In this document: positions 1 to 9,200 of the stretch, one piece after another
Layout of the letters: the number at the start of each line of letters is the position of its first letter
How positions within the stretch are numbered: the stretch's first letter is position 1
Virus record (IMG/VR): IMGVR_UViG_3300031994_000025
Coordinates: 64,001 to 128,000 of that record
DNA: 64,000 nt
Strand: one strand, 5' to 3'
From: a virus
Lineage: Duplodnaviria > Caudoviricetes
Program-made: the position numbers and the translations under genes
The notes under the pieces: generated by a model
Databases searched by the model: none
The model's input: only the letters and a program-made list of their open reading frames with translations
Told to the model about the DNA's origin: nothing

Positions 1-243
1 CTTAGACTGACAACACGACAGATTCTCGACCTGAAATACAAGGTCGAGAATCCTGTGCTGAAGCAGTGGAGCATGAGGCACGGTATCATCGACTGCATGA
101 CGAAGATACAAGCCTGTCTGCGCTCCGGCTTCGGCTACTTAGGCAACCAGCGCATCGACCGCAACTTCATCAATCAACTCAGCCACGGCGACCGCTCCAT
201 CTACAACGGCGTCACGGCATGGTGTAACCCAAGCAAACAGTAA
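1..243 (+). CDS. hypothetical early protein (5' truncated)
   Basis: Frame 1 is open from the window edge to TAA at 241-243, followed by the junction motif TAAACTACTATG. Confidence 0.6.
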   Translation, partial: LRLTTRQILDLKYKVENPVLKQWSMRHGIIDCMTKIQACLRSGFGYLGNQRIDRNFINQLSHGDRSIYNGVTAWCNPSKQ

Positions 244-249
244 ACTACT

Positions 250-498
250 ATGCAATTCGGACTCAACTGGAACGACGGCTATGAGGTGGCGGTGCTGATG
301 CCGGACGAGCGAGGGCTCGTCCGCTGGCACCCGCTGCGGAACTTCGGTCACAGGCAGGGCGACGCCAAGATATTCAAGTACGAAGACTGCCCCCGCCTGA
401 CCGACACTCAAATACGGATGCTCGTCAAACGCTTCGACCGCAGCGTGAAGTACGAGCGCATCAACAGCAGACATTTCATTAAACAACAAAACAAGTAA
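250..498 (+). CDS. hypothetical early protein
   Basis: 82-aa ORF tiling with its neighbours; ends in the AACAAGTAA junction motif. Confidence 0.7.
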   Translation: MQFGLNWNDGYEVAVLMPDERGLVRWHPLRNFGHRQGDAKIFKYEDCPRLTDTQIRMLVKRFDRSVKYERINSRHFIKQQNK

Positions 499-504
499 GC
501 GACT

Positions 505-1047
505 ATGTTAGTACAGATTTTCGACAAGGCCGACGGACAGTTATCGGCTGTGATTGACATCAGGTTTTCTACCCTGGAGGATGTGAAGCAGTGGTATCTC
601 AATACTTACACAGGCTGCATTGAGGATATCGAGTATATCAAGGACGTGCGGAGCGGCAATACCTACCGCTTCGGTGACTTGAAACGTGCCAAGGTAGAGC
701 AGTTGAGGGAGTTGATGGCCGACATCTGGGATGCCCGCGAACACTCCCGTAACCTGGGTAGGCTCTACAATAGCATGTACGACGACGAGGATGGAAAGCT
801 CGTGGTGGACTTCTGGGTTGATAAGTCGCTCCACGATCTCGACGGATGCCTGGTGGACTGGGGCAGAGTCTATATGACCGAGCGTTGTCAGGCCATGATT
901 TACGACCCTGACAACGAGCAGATGCCGCTGGCCTTCAAGTTCCGATACTTCTATGACACGCAGCAGCTCTACGTCCGCCCTGATCAACTGAAGGACGAGA
1001 CGCTGCAGGCAATCATCGACTGGATTTACAAGACGATAAACTATTAA
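505..1047 (+). CDS. hypothetical early protein
   Basis: 180-aa ORF with GACTATG start context, in a tightly packed operon. Confidence 0.75.
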   Translation: MLVQIFDKADGQLSAVIDIRFSTLEDVKQWYLNTYTGCIEDIEYIKDVRSGNTYRFGDLKRAKVEQLRELMADIWDAREHSRNLGRLYNSMYDDEDGKLVVDFWVDKSLHDLDGCLVDWGRVYMTERCQAMIYDPDNEQMPLAFKFRYFYDTQQLYVRPDQLKDETLQAIIDWIYKTINY

Positions 1048-1062
1048 AACAAGTAAACGACT

Positions 1063-1395
1063 ATGGCAAAGAAAAACGAAGCTGCTGCATTGCTGCAGCA
1101 CTACAAGGAGCGGCGTGAACGTCTGCGTGCCGTCGGCAGTCCATGGGTGGACGCTCCTCTGAAGAATACGAACGGCGCATTTAACATTCCAACAACCGAC
1201 GAGTCCCTGTATTGGGACTATGTGGCTGGCGTTATTGATTTGAACAAGGCGGCTTGTGAATTTCATCGGTGTGGATGGGATAACTTCATCGACGAGAAAG
1301 CGACTATGGAACGCTTTCGGGAATTAGACAAGAAATACCACAAACTTGGTTGTGAAACAGGCTTCACAACCATCTACAAATCCAAAAACAAGTAA
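1063..1395 (+). CDS. hypothetical early protein
   Basis: 110-aa ORF bounded by junction motifs. Confidence 0.7.
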   Translation: MAKKNEAAALLQHYKERRERLRAVGSPWVDAPLKNTNGAFNIPTTDESLYWDYVAGVIDLNKAACEFHRCGWDNFIDEKATMERFRELDKKYHKLGCETGFTTIYKSKNK

Positions 1396-1398
1396 CGT

Positions 1399-1635
1399 AT
1401 GAACAAAGAAAGACGAAAGCGGCTGGAAGACCTGATCGACCAACTCGGAACAATCAAGGACGACATTGAGGCCCTCATGAACGAAGAGCAAGAAGCCTTT
1501 GACAATATGCCTGAAGGCATTCAGAGCAGCGAGCGCGGCGCAGCCATGCAGGAAAACATCGACAATCTGCAGACGGCCATCGACAGTCTGGAGAGTGAAG
1601 TGATAGACTATATCCAAGGCGTGATAGACGCATAA
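1399..1635 (+). CDS. conserved phage coiled-coil protein
   Basis: Pattern MNKERRKRL...EEQEAFDNMPEGIQSSERG is typical of a widespread small phage protein family. Confidence 0.75.
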   Translation: MNKERRKRLEDLIDQLGTIKDDIEALMNEEQEAFDNMPEGIQSSERGAAMQENIDNLQTAIDSLESEVIDYIQGVIDA

Positions 1636-1648
1636 AACGATACGGACT

Positions 1649-1960
1649 ATGAGAACTATCAAATGCACATTCAAATCAAACGGCGAGGTCGTCAAGGTGA
1701 CGGCCATTGTCAGTGACGATCTGACAACACTCAGTAAGTCGAAGAAGAACCAGGCGACCGACATCGTTGACGAGGAATGGAACGACGGCAAAACGTGGGG
1801 CATTGTCTTCGCGGGAGACGAAGCCGACTATGAGCTTCACTTCAAAATGAAGGGTCACGTCAGGACACTGGAGCCTGACAGAGCCGTGACATGGGTTGGT
1901 GAAGATCGGAGTATAGTTGACGACTCGCAGTATTTTACCGTTGAACAACAAAACAAGTAA
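1649..1960 (+). CDS. hypothetical early protein
   Basis: 103-aa ORF bounded by junction motifs. Confidence 0.7.
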   Translation: MRTIKCTFKSNGEVVKVTAIVSDDLTTLSKSKKNQATDIVDEEWNDGKTWGIVFAGDEADYELHFKMKGHVRTLEPDRAVTWVGEDRSIVDDSQYFTVEQQNK

Positions 1961-1966
1961 ACGACT

Positions 1967-2197
1967 ATGGCACAGAAAATCATACAGAACGGACAAACGG
2001 TGATGAATGCGCCAGGCGAGGGAAATCCCACCTGCGCCATCATCTTCAACAACCTGACAGGAGTGAGCATACAGGGCAAAAGAGAACAACAGGCGTATCT
2101 CGCCATGATGTTCCACGATTTTCCCAAGCTCACATACGGAGAAATAGAACTCTGGGAAGACGGGAAGCTAATAGATAAAGGAAACATAAACAAGTAA
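1967..2197 (+). CDS. hypothetical early protein
   Basis: 76-aa ORF bounded by junction motifs. Confidence 0.65.
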   Translation: MAQKIIQNGQTVMNAPGEGNPTCAIIFNNLTGVSIQGKREQQAYLAMMFHDFPKLTYGEIELWEDGKLIDKGNINK

Positions 2198-2202
2198 CGG
2201 CT

Positions 2203-2331
2203 ATGGGAAAGTTTGGTTATTGCGACACCTGCAAGCACGATGGCGAGTTCTGCAGCAAGTGCTATCGTGGCAGTTATTATGAACATGACTGGGATAAAGG
2301 AGAAAGGGTAGGGCAGTATGGCCTGTATTAA
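2203..2331 (+). CDS. small Cys-rich protein (42 aa, CxxC-x6-CxxC)
   Basis: Read manually: MGKFGYCDTCKHDGEFCSKCYRG...; preceded by AACAAGTAACGGCTATG. Confidence 0.5.
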   Translation: MGKFGYCDTCKHDGEFCSKCYRGSYYEHDWDKGERVGQYGLY

Positions 2332-2344
2332 ACATCACCGCCCT

Positions 2345-2491
2345 ATGACCGAGAATGTCTATCCCCTCACCCTCACGGCCCCCGACGGCAGGGAACTGCG
2401 CACGCTGGCGTGGTTCCCCACCGAGGAGTGCCGCCGAGACTTCTACGAGAAGGCCGCCAAGCGTGGCCTGACCGTGACAGAAAATAAATAA
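2345..2491 (+). CDS. small hypothetical protein (48 aa)
   Basis: Read manually: MTENVYPLTLTAPDGRELRTLAWF...; GC3-rich codons. Confidence 0.5.
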   Translation: MTENVYPLTLTAPDGRELRTLAWFPTEECRRDFYEKAAKRGLTVTENK

Positions 2492-2578
2492 ATCTTAATG
2501 CGAGCGCAAAGTATCAGGAATTATTTGTATCTTTGACCTGCGGTCGAAGATACTCACGTTCGGAAAATCTCAAATATA

Positions 2579-2610
2579 TTTGGATTTTCGCTCACTTATT
2601 CGTATCTTTG
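2579..2610 (+). promoter_or_regulatory. Bacteroidota primary-sigma promoter
   Basis: TTTG (2579-2582), 20-nt spacer, TATCTTTG (2603-2610), upstream of the ORF at 2648. Confidence 0.75.
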
Positions 2611-2647
2611 CACCGCCACAACGAAACAATTAAATAGCTACACGAAT

Positions 2648-2935
2648 ATGAATCCAAAATTTACTTTCAGCGAATGTGCATGTGAGGCCGACATCGTGGC
2701 CGCCATTGAGAAGAGTCTTGAATACGACACCATCGTCGCCAGTGATGAACAAGCCGAGCAGTGGTTCCGCGACGCAGGCATGGAGGGCGAGGTGACACAC
2801 CGCGTCATCGTCAGCACCAACGTCAGCGTATGGAACGACGAGGCGCATGGCGAGGAAACCTACAACGTCATCGTCAAGGAGCACTTCACCGACCCCGGCT
2901 CTGTCGATTACATCTATTCCTACAGAATCAATTAA
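2648..2935 (+). CDS. hypothetical early protein
   Basis: 95-aa ORF just downstream of the promoter. Confidence 0.7.
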   Translation: MNPKFTFSECACEADIVAAIEKSLEYDTIVASDEQAEQWFRDAGMEGEVTHRVIVSTNVSVWNDEAHGEETYNVIVKEHFTDPGSVDYIYSYRIN

Positions 2936-3087
2936 AGCTACACGAATTATGACTTTGACATACGAACAGGCTATAAAGATAGCACAGATGATGTTGCAGC
3001 ACTCGAAGAAAGCGGGGCCATCGACGAAATGACTGACGAAGAATATCTCCGGATAGCGCATCTGTATCATTAAACAGAGTACGAACT

Positions 3088-3303
3088 ATGCACACCGACT
3101 TCACGCCCCACAGCCCGCAGGCGGGCTATACGACAACGATTGAAATCACCGGCACGAGGGAAGAACTCTCGGCCCTGTACGACCTGCTGAACCAGGCAGA
3201 ACCCTCTGACGACCGCGAGCGACGCATCAAGGACGACGTGCTCAACGAGCTGCGCTCTGCCAACGGCTGGATAACGGACATGGAGGACATCGCGAACAAG
3301 TAA
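3088..3303 (+). CDS. hypothetical early protein
   Basis: 71-aa ORF ending in the AACAAGTAA motif. Confidence 0.65.
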   Translation: MHTDFTPHSPQAGYTTTIEITGTREELSALYDLLNQAEPSDDRERRIKDDVLNELRSANGWITDMEDIANK

Positions 3304-3330
3304 CGAATAATTAATAAAACGAAACGAATT

Positions 3331-3585
3331 ATGCAACAGATTCTTAAATTCAAAAGCGGGAGCCAAAGGGTGATTATAGAGCCCAACGAGGACGTGACAG
3401 ACCACGCGGATATAGAAATCATCGTTGAGAACACCAACCCTGACAAACCAGACGACCCCGATGTAACCTATGTGTCTCTAAAGGAGCACGAGGCCGTATA
3501 TCTTGCCAACGCCATCTTGCGCTTTGTGGAGCAGACAGCGCTCTATAATGAGCGCTGGCTGGCTGATGAAGCGAAAAAAGAATGA
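3331..3585 (+). CDS. hypothetical early protein
   Basis: 84-aa ORF with an AT-rich leader. Confidence 0.65.
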   Translation: MQQILKFKSGSQRVIIEPNEDVTDHADIEIIVENTNPDKPDDPDVTYVSLKEHEAVYLANAILRFVEQTALYNERWLADEAKKE

Positions 3586-3666
3586 ATAGTCTTCCACGTT
3601 TTTCAGACGACGACTGGCAGGATACTGACACCGTGGAGTTCTGATTTCTTCCCGGGTGATACACGC

Positions 3667-3700
3667 AAAAGGACCGCTATCCATCACAGACGGCGGTCCT
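3667..3700 (-). terminator. intrinsic terminator of the holin-like operon
   Basis: AGGACCGC...GCGGTCCT stem with an A-run on its left (U-tract on the - strand). Confidence 0.6.
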
Positions 3701-3806
3701 CAGTCCAATAACTAAAAAACTAAATACTACTAACCTATGAAAAGAATCTGTATGAAACTAAAGACCGCTGCATCGGTTCTGTGTATATATAAACGTGTTT
3801 GTGTGG

Positions 3807-4211
3807 CTATGTTTGCTGGTCGCTGTCGCAATCCTCAGCTTCGCCGGGTATCTCCGGCTCGTCAGACGGCATCGGGCTCTCGCCGCTCATGTGGTCGATG
3901 TCCTTGTTGAGCACCATGTTGCCGCGCGTCAGGCGGTCGGGGTTGATATCCTTGTAGCCTCCGGCGACGGTGAACTTGCAGGCGAATACGATGCCGACAC
4001 AGGTGCCGAAGATATATCTGAAGGCTTCGTCCCACCATTCAGAGTGAGTGCCGCCGGCCATGGGTAGTCCAAGATTGATGGCTGCTGCCGTACCGCCGAC
4101 GCCGCAGGCCACGACGACCATCCAGTAGAAGAAGCGCGGCATCTGTTCGTGCCAGCGTTTCGTTATTTCACTTCCCGTGTGTCTCATTCTGCGTCTGAAT
4201 CTGCGTCCCAT
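3807..4211 (-). CDS. two-TM membrane protein, holin-like
   Basis: Basic N-terminus, two hydrophobic segments, acidic tail; downstream of a second membrane gene. Confidence 0.55.
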   Translation of the reverse strand: MGRRFRRRMRHTGSEITKRWHEQMPRFFYWMVVVACGVGGTAAAINLGLPMAGGTHSEWWDEAFRYIFGTCVGIVFACKFTVAGGYKDINPDRLTRGNMVLNKDIDHMSGESPMPSDEPEIPGEAEDCDSDQQT

Positions 4212-4219
4212 ATCCCAGT

Positions 4220-4519
4220 TTAATCTTTGTTCGGCTCTATAATCGTAAGTGTCGTATTGATCTTCGCGATGTCGATGGCTATCTTACTCAGTTTCTCGTT
4301 CATGTCGGTCTGGATGTTGTTGATGGCCGAGAGTATCTGGTCCTGCTTCTTCGAGTGCCCTTCCACGCGACGCTTCAGTTCCGCCAGTTCCACTTCCACC
4401 ACCGCCATGTCCGTCCGCAATCGGTGTACCCATCCGAAGTACATGCCTATAATGGAGAGCACGCCTGTTATAATCGAGCCCGTGATGACGGGCCATAGAT
4501 CTACAACTACCTGGTTCAT
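4220..4519 (-). CDS. single-TM coiled-coil protein (holin/lysis-cassette type)
   Basis: N-terminal TM helix plus coiled coil; preceded by the late promoter motif at 4569-4576. Confidence 0.6.
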   Translation of the reverse strand: MNQVVVDLWPVITGSIITGVLSIIGMYFGWVHRLRTDMAVVEVELAELKRRVEGHSKKQDQILSAINNIQTDMNEKLSKIAIDIAKINTTLTIIEPNKD

Positions 4520-4605
4520 TGCTTTGAATCTCTTTTTTATGCAATATCGGGATATGGGCGTCTGGAATCAAGGGCAATTTGCGTCAGCACCACATGACGC
4601 CAAGG

Positions 4606-4646
4606 ATGTTTAGCACCCGCGGTGTGACACCGCGGGTGCTAAACAT
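4606..4646. repeat. perfect 41-bp palindrome (20-bp arms)
   Basis: ATGTTTAGCACCCGCGGTGT-G-ACACCGCGGGTGCTAAACAT. Confidence 0.9.
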
Positions 4647-4667
4647 TTGAGAAACTCGTCGGTAATA

Positions 4668-5384
4668 TTATTTCGGGTCGGTGGCAATGCCGATAGTCCC
4701 GATATGGCTGTCGTTGATAGTGCCGATGTTCACCTGAAGTCGCTGTGCCAGTTGCTCATATTTCATTTGCAGACTCTCGTATTTCTGTTTCAAATCCTCT
4801 ACAGTCTGGTTGAGCGTTTCGATATCCTGGTGCATCTGCCTCACCTCGGCGTGGAGGGCATCGTCTTGACCGCCCGATGACGTGCGGCGGCTTTTCTTCG
4901 GCTCCGGGTTGGGATCGAGCAGGATGGTGAAGGGAGCGATCTTTAGTGCTTCACAGGCTTCGAGGAACCGGGTGACAGGCGTGCGACGGACGGCCAGCAG
5001 CGAGTTCTTCAGGTTGTCTCGTGACATTCCCGTGGCGACGGCAGCCTTCTGCCATGTGACATCGGGTCGGCTATCCACTATCCTCTGTAGCGCAGCGGCA
5101 TCATATTCGCAGGGCAGGTAGCCGTCGCGGACCACGCAATCCCTGCAGCTCCTGTTCACGTCCAACTTGCTGCCGGTCATGAAGAAGCGGCGCACGGGGA
5201 TGTGCAGGCCGTTGGCGAGGGCTATCAACTGCTGCACGGTGATTTCGTCGGGATGGTCCATCAATCGGTACCATGTGGACTTGTTCCTGACGGTCGATTT
5301 GATCATCTCGCCCGCAGGCAAGAGTTTTTCTTTCTTCAGACTGGCTATAAGCCCGGTGTTCAGTCGTACTTCATTCATAGGCAT
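4668..5384 (-). CDS. repressor-like regulator with tandem XRE-like HTH domains and C-terminal coiled coil
   Basis: ITVQQLIALANGLHIPVRRFF and TWQKAAVATGMSRDNL...FLEACEALKIAPF HTH-like segments; divergent from the lytic operon. Confidence 0.7.
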   Translation of the reverse strand: MPMNEVRLNTGLIASLKKEKLLPAGEMIKSTVRNKSTWYRLMDHPDEITVQQLIALANGLHIPVRRFFMTGSKLDVNRSCRDCVVRDGYLPCEYDAAALQRIVDSRPDVTWQKAAVATGMSRDNLKNSLLAVRRTPVTRFLEACEALKIAPFTILLDPNPEPKKSRRTSSGGQDDALHAEVRQMHQDIETLNQTVEDLKQKYESLQMKYEQLAQRLQVNIGTINDSHIGTIGIATDPK

Positions 5385-5416
5385 AATAAAAATATTACTA
5401 AAAGTTCAAAAATTAT

Positions 5417-5483
5417 TTTGTTTATATCCTAAAATTGTTGTATCTTTGCACCAAAGTTACAACAATTTTTTCAAAATCCCAAT
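5417..5483. promoter_or_regulatory. overlapping face-to-face promoters (putative lysis/lysogeny switch)
   Basis: On +: TTTG(5417-20)-N20-TATCTTTG(5441-48). On -: TAACTTTG (5459-5452) with ATTG 20 nt upstream (5483-5480). Confidence 0.7.
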
Positions 5484-5519
5484 AAAAATGGGAGAAAATA
5501 ACGCAATAATATTGAAGCT

Positions 5520-5912
5520 ATGCAGCAATATATCAGTAACCTATGGATGGCTCTGACGGGCAATAACCCCTACAAAGCAGAACTCGACGACCTGCGCGAG
5601 AAGCAGAAGAAGGCGGCAGAGAATGTCGCCGGGCTGAACGACCTATACTACAAGAGCATCGAGGCTTTCGACAATGTGAAGAAGCAGGTGGATGTGCTGG
5701 AACAGCAGGTGAAGCAGGTCAATGGTGAGAAGCAGAGCCTGCAGCAACTCGTGGAGAACCTGCGTGAGCGCATCCACGACAGGGAGCGGGAACTGGATCA
5801 GCAGGGCAAGGACTTCCGCGAGCGCATGGAGCGCATGAATGCGGACTACCAGAAGCGCATCGGCGAATACAACCGCGAGATCGACCGGCTGAAAAACACG
5901 CGGAAGAAATAA
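5520..5912 (+). CDS. coiled-coil protein
   Basis: 130-aa heptad-rich ORF, first gene after the + promoter. Confidence 0.75.
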   Translation: MQQYISNLWMALTGNNPYKAELDDLREKQKKAAENVAGLNDLYYKSIEAFDNVKKQVDVLEQQVKQVNGEKQSLQQLVENLRERIHDRERELDQQGKDFRERMERMNADYQKRIGEYNREIDRLKNTRKK

Positions 5913-5932
5913 TATATATAAGGTATAAGGCA

Positions 5933-6223
5933 ATGGACGTAGGACAGGCAATAAAAAACCTTCGGATGAAGCAGGGCATGTCGCAGGCGGCGCTGGCCGA
6001 GAAGTGCGGCATGAGCACCAACGGCGTGAACCTGCTGGAGACGGGCAAGCGGTTCCCGCGTAAGAGTACGGTGGAGAAACTGTGCCAGGTATTCGGCATA
6101 CCTCAGTCGTACCTGATGCTGGCGACGATTGAGGAGAGTGACATCCCAGAGGAGAAGCGCGTGCTGTATAGGGTTCTTGTTGAGCCCCTGCGCGACGAAC
6201 TGTTAGAGGCGGGCGAACTGTGA
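5933..6223 (+). CDS. XRE/Cro-family HTH regulator
   Basis: IKNLRMKQGMSQAALAEKCGMSTNGVNLLETG is a canonical HTH_3 pattern. Confidence 0.9.
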   Translation: MDVGQAIKNLRMKQGMSQAALAEKCGMSTNGVNLLETGKRFPRKSTVEKLCQVFGIPQSYLMLATIEESDIPEEKRVLYRVLVEPLRDELLEAGEL

Positions 6224-9200
6224 ACGACAATAATCTGAAGATATTAGACCAGATTCCACTCGTGGACGTACTGGCAGGGTGGAGGCATACGGCGCAGCGG
6301 ACGAATGCGAAGGGCACCGTGGCCTACTACCTGTGTCCGTGGCACGATGACCATGATCCGTCGCTGGTGGTGGAGAGTAAGACACGCGACGGTGCGACGG
6401 CACCGATGTTCAAGTGCTACGTCTGCGGAGCCACGGGCTACGGGGCGGTGCAGTTGGCGGCACGGCTGATGGGCAAGCCTGGCGGGAGGATTCCCGACGA
6501 GGAGATGCCGGAGGTGCTGACCGAACTGGCGACGCGCTGCAGCGTGGAACTGGAGGAAGAGACGGATGCCGAGGGCAGACGCTGGCAGACCAGACTGCGC
6601 TCGGAGATTACGGGATGGAGTGAGTTCCGCAAGACGGAACTGCAGTATGCCGACTGGGACGGCATCACGCCGATACTGGAGCCGGGCGAGTGGACCATCG
6701 AGAGTCTGAAAGCCCTGGGGCTGAAGGTGGAGATGTCGTCCCATAAGGCTGGGAAGGATGAAGTTTCTGCCACTGCCCCCGCCGAAATCAAGACAGGCGA
6801 CGTGATTACCGACTTCGACCCGGACACGGGCGAGGCGCTCTACCGCTGCTCGTTCGGGGCAGGCTTCTACGGCGACCCGAAGAAGGCGGAGGTGAAGACC
6901 GTCAGCGAGTGGGGTAGGGAGGTGGAGCGGCTGTTCCATGTGCAGCCAGTCGCCCGCGTCATCCGCCGCAAGGAGAACAAGGAGCAAGGCGGCTACTTCG
7001 TGCATATCACGAAGGGCAGCAGGACTTACCCCATCTTCATGTTCCAATACGACTTCGGTACAAAGAAGTACGAGCCGAGGGATGTCTACGGCAACAAGTG
7101 GATATGGGTGGGCAAGGACGAGAATGTGGACGCTGGCCACCAGTGGTACGGCGACGCGACGCTGGAGGACTTCCTGAAGGACGGCGTGATGCCCGAGCAG
7201 GACAAGCGTCACCCCTATGTGGAGATTGATGACAAGGAGAAGAAGACCAAGCAGATCCGATTCGGCAAGATTGTATTGTGCTCTGGTCCGAGGGATGCGA
7301 TAGCGGTCTATAGTCACAGCGACGCGCATGTGGTATGGCTCAACTCCGAACAGGCTGGCTTCGATGCCAAGGGCGGTGCGATGCGCCCCAACCGTTGGCT
7401 GCGTGCGCTGCTCCGCAAGTTGCAGAGCGTCTGCGTGGAGGGCGGTCTTTACGTCTGCTACGACGAGGACGAGACGGGGCTGAAGGCCAGCCAGGCCATT
7501 GCACTCAACAATCCGCAGGTGCATTGGCTCAGGCTGCCCAAGGAGTTGGGGCAGGTTATGGCCGGGAAGACGATACAGACCCCACCCCTGACCCCTCCCC
7601 TTGAGGGGCGGGGAATGCCTACGGACGGGGGCACAGCCGATTCGGGCTCCCTTGAGGGGCAGGGAATGCCTACGGACGTGGGCATAGCCGATTCGGGTTC
7701 CCTTGAGGGACGGGGAATACCTACGGACGTGGGCACAGCCGATTCGGGTTCCCTTGAGGGACGTGGAATGCCTACGGACGGGGGCACAGCCGATTCGGGT
7801 TCCCTTGAGGGACAGGGAATGCCTACGGACGGGGGCACAGTCGATTCGGGTTCCCTTGAGGGACGGGGAATGCCTACGGATACCATGGCGGCAGCAACTC
7901 CCCGCCCCTTTGAGGGGAGGGGCAGGGGTGGGGTAAAGGCCCCGAAACCCCTGAAAGACGCCACCGACTTCGTGACCCGTTTTGCCGAGGTGGAGCGGCT
8001 GATGCCCGCCGACCTGCAGCACGACGACCCGGCGGAGTGGTTCGAGAATGCCATGTTCGATACGCCGACGTGTAAGTTCTGGCAGTGGGAGTCAGAGCGC
8101 AAGGAACAGGACGGCAGCAGCCGGGCCCGCTATAAGTTCGACCTGCGAAATACCCCCGTGTTCCTCCGTGCCCGTGGCATCGTCCGCCGCGTCATGCAGT
8201 CGGGCGACGAGTCGTTCAGCCGCTTCTTCATGCTGGGCAATGACCATACCTATTATGAACTGTTCGTCGGACAGAAAGGTTCCAACAAACTGGTGCCGCA
8301 GATTCGCGACATCATGGCCGAATGGCTCCGTGCTCACTCGGAGTTCAACGATAAGAAGGGTGCGCTCTCGCGTGCCATCTACTCCGCCAAACTGGAGACC
8401 GGCATCATGGAGTCGATAGAGACGATGGACTTCGACGAGAAATCGTTCGGCGAGGACTTCGACCATTTCTTCTTCCATAACACCGCCGTCCGTGTGACGA
8501 AGGACGAAATCAAACTGGTGCCTTACTCCACGATGAAACAGTGGACCAACCAGGACGCCATCCTCGAAGGCGACTTCCACATCACCGACCGACTGTGGCA
8601 CGTGGAGGAAATGCCATACTACCAGGCCGAACTGGCGAAGCACGAGGCGATACTCAAAGCGGCGCAGGTGGAAGACGAGATCAAACAGGAGAACATGCGC
8701 TGGGACCAGTACGAGCAGTTGTGGCACTACCGCCTCGTGATGGATCGACCGCTGGAGCAGATGCCGCTGCACTTCCGCTTCCTGTATAACACCTGCCGCA
8801 TCTTCTGGGAGAAGGAGAAAACACAGGAACTCACCAAGACCGAACGGCAGGTACAGGACATGTACTTTATTGCGATGCTCCATGCCATCGGCTCGGCGCT
8901 GGTGCGCTTCCGCTCGGCTAACCGCCAGCAATTCATCCACATCACCGACAACGGAACGCGCCGTGAGGATCTGGCCTCGGGCGGCACGGGCAAGACCGCC
9001 ATATTGGAACTCTTCGCCCTCGTGCGCCGTGTGCTGGGCATCGACGGCAAGGCCCTTGAAGGGTCGAACATCATCCTGGAGCAGGAACTCGGAAAGGTCA
9101 TCCCCGGTCTGCACAACATCGCCTGCATCGACGAACTGCCGCAGGGCTTCTCGCCGAAGAAGCTCTACAACCTGCCGCTCAGCGTCACCTCGCGAGGCAT

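Noticed and set aside
3807-4519. Complete lysis cassette
   Set aside because: No endolysin is recognisable in the window. Terminase and portal are also absent and presumably lie outside it.
4606-4646. Protelomerase telRL site
   Set aside because: No protelomerase gene is recognisable in the window; kept only as an unexplained palindrome.
7598-7880. CRISPR array or intein in the primase
   Set aside because: The units are tandem with no spacers and are translated in frame; no intein N-terminal C/S or C-terminal HN motifs.
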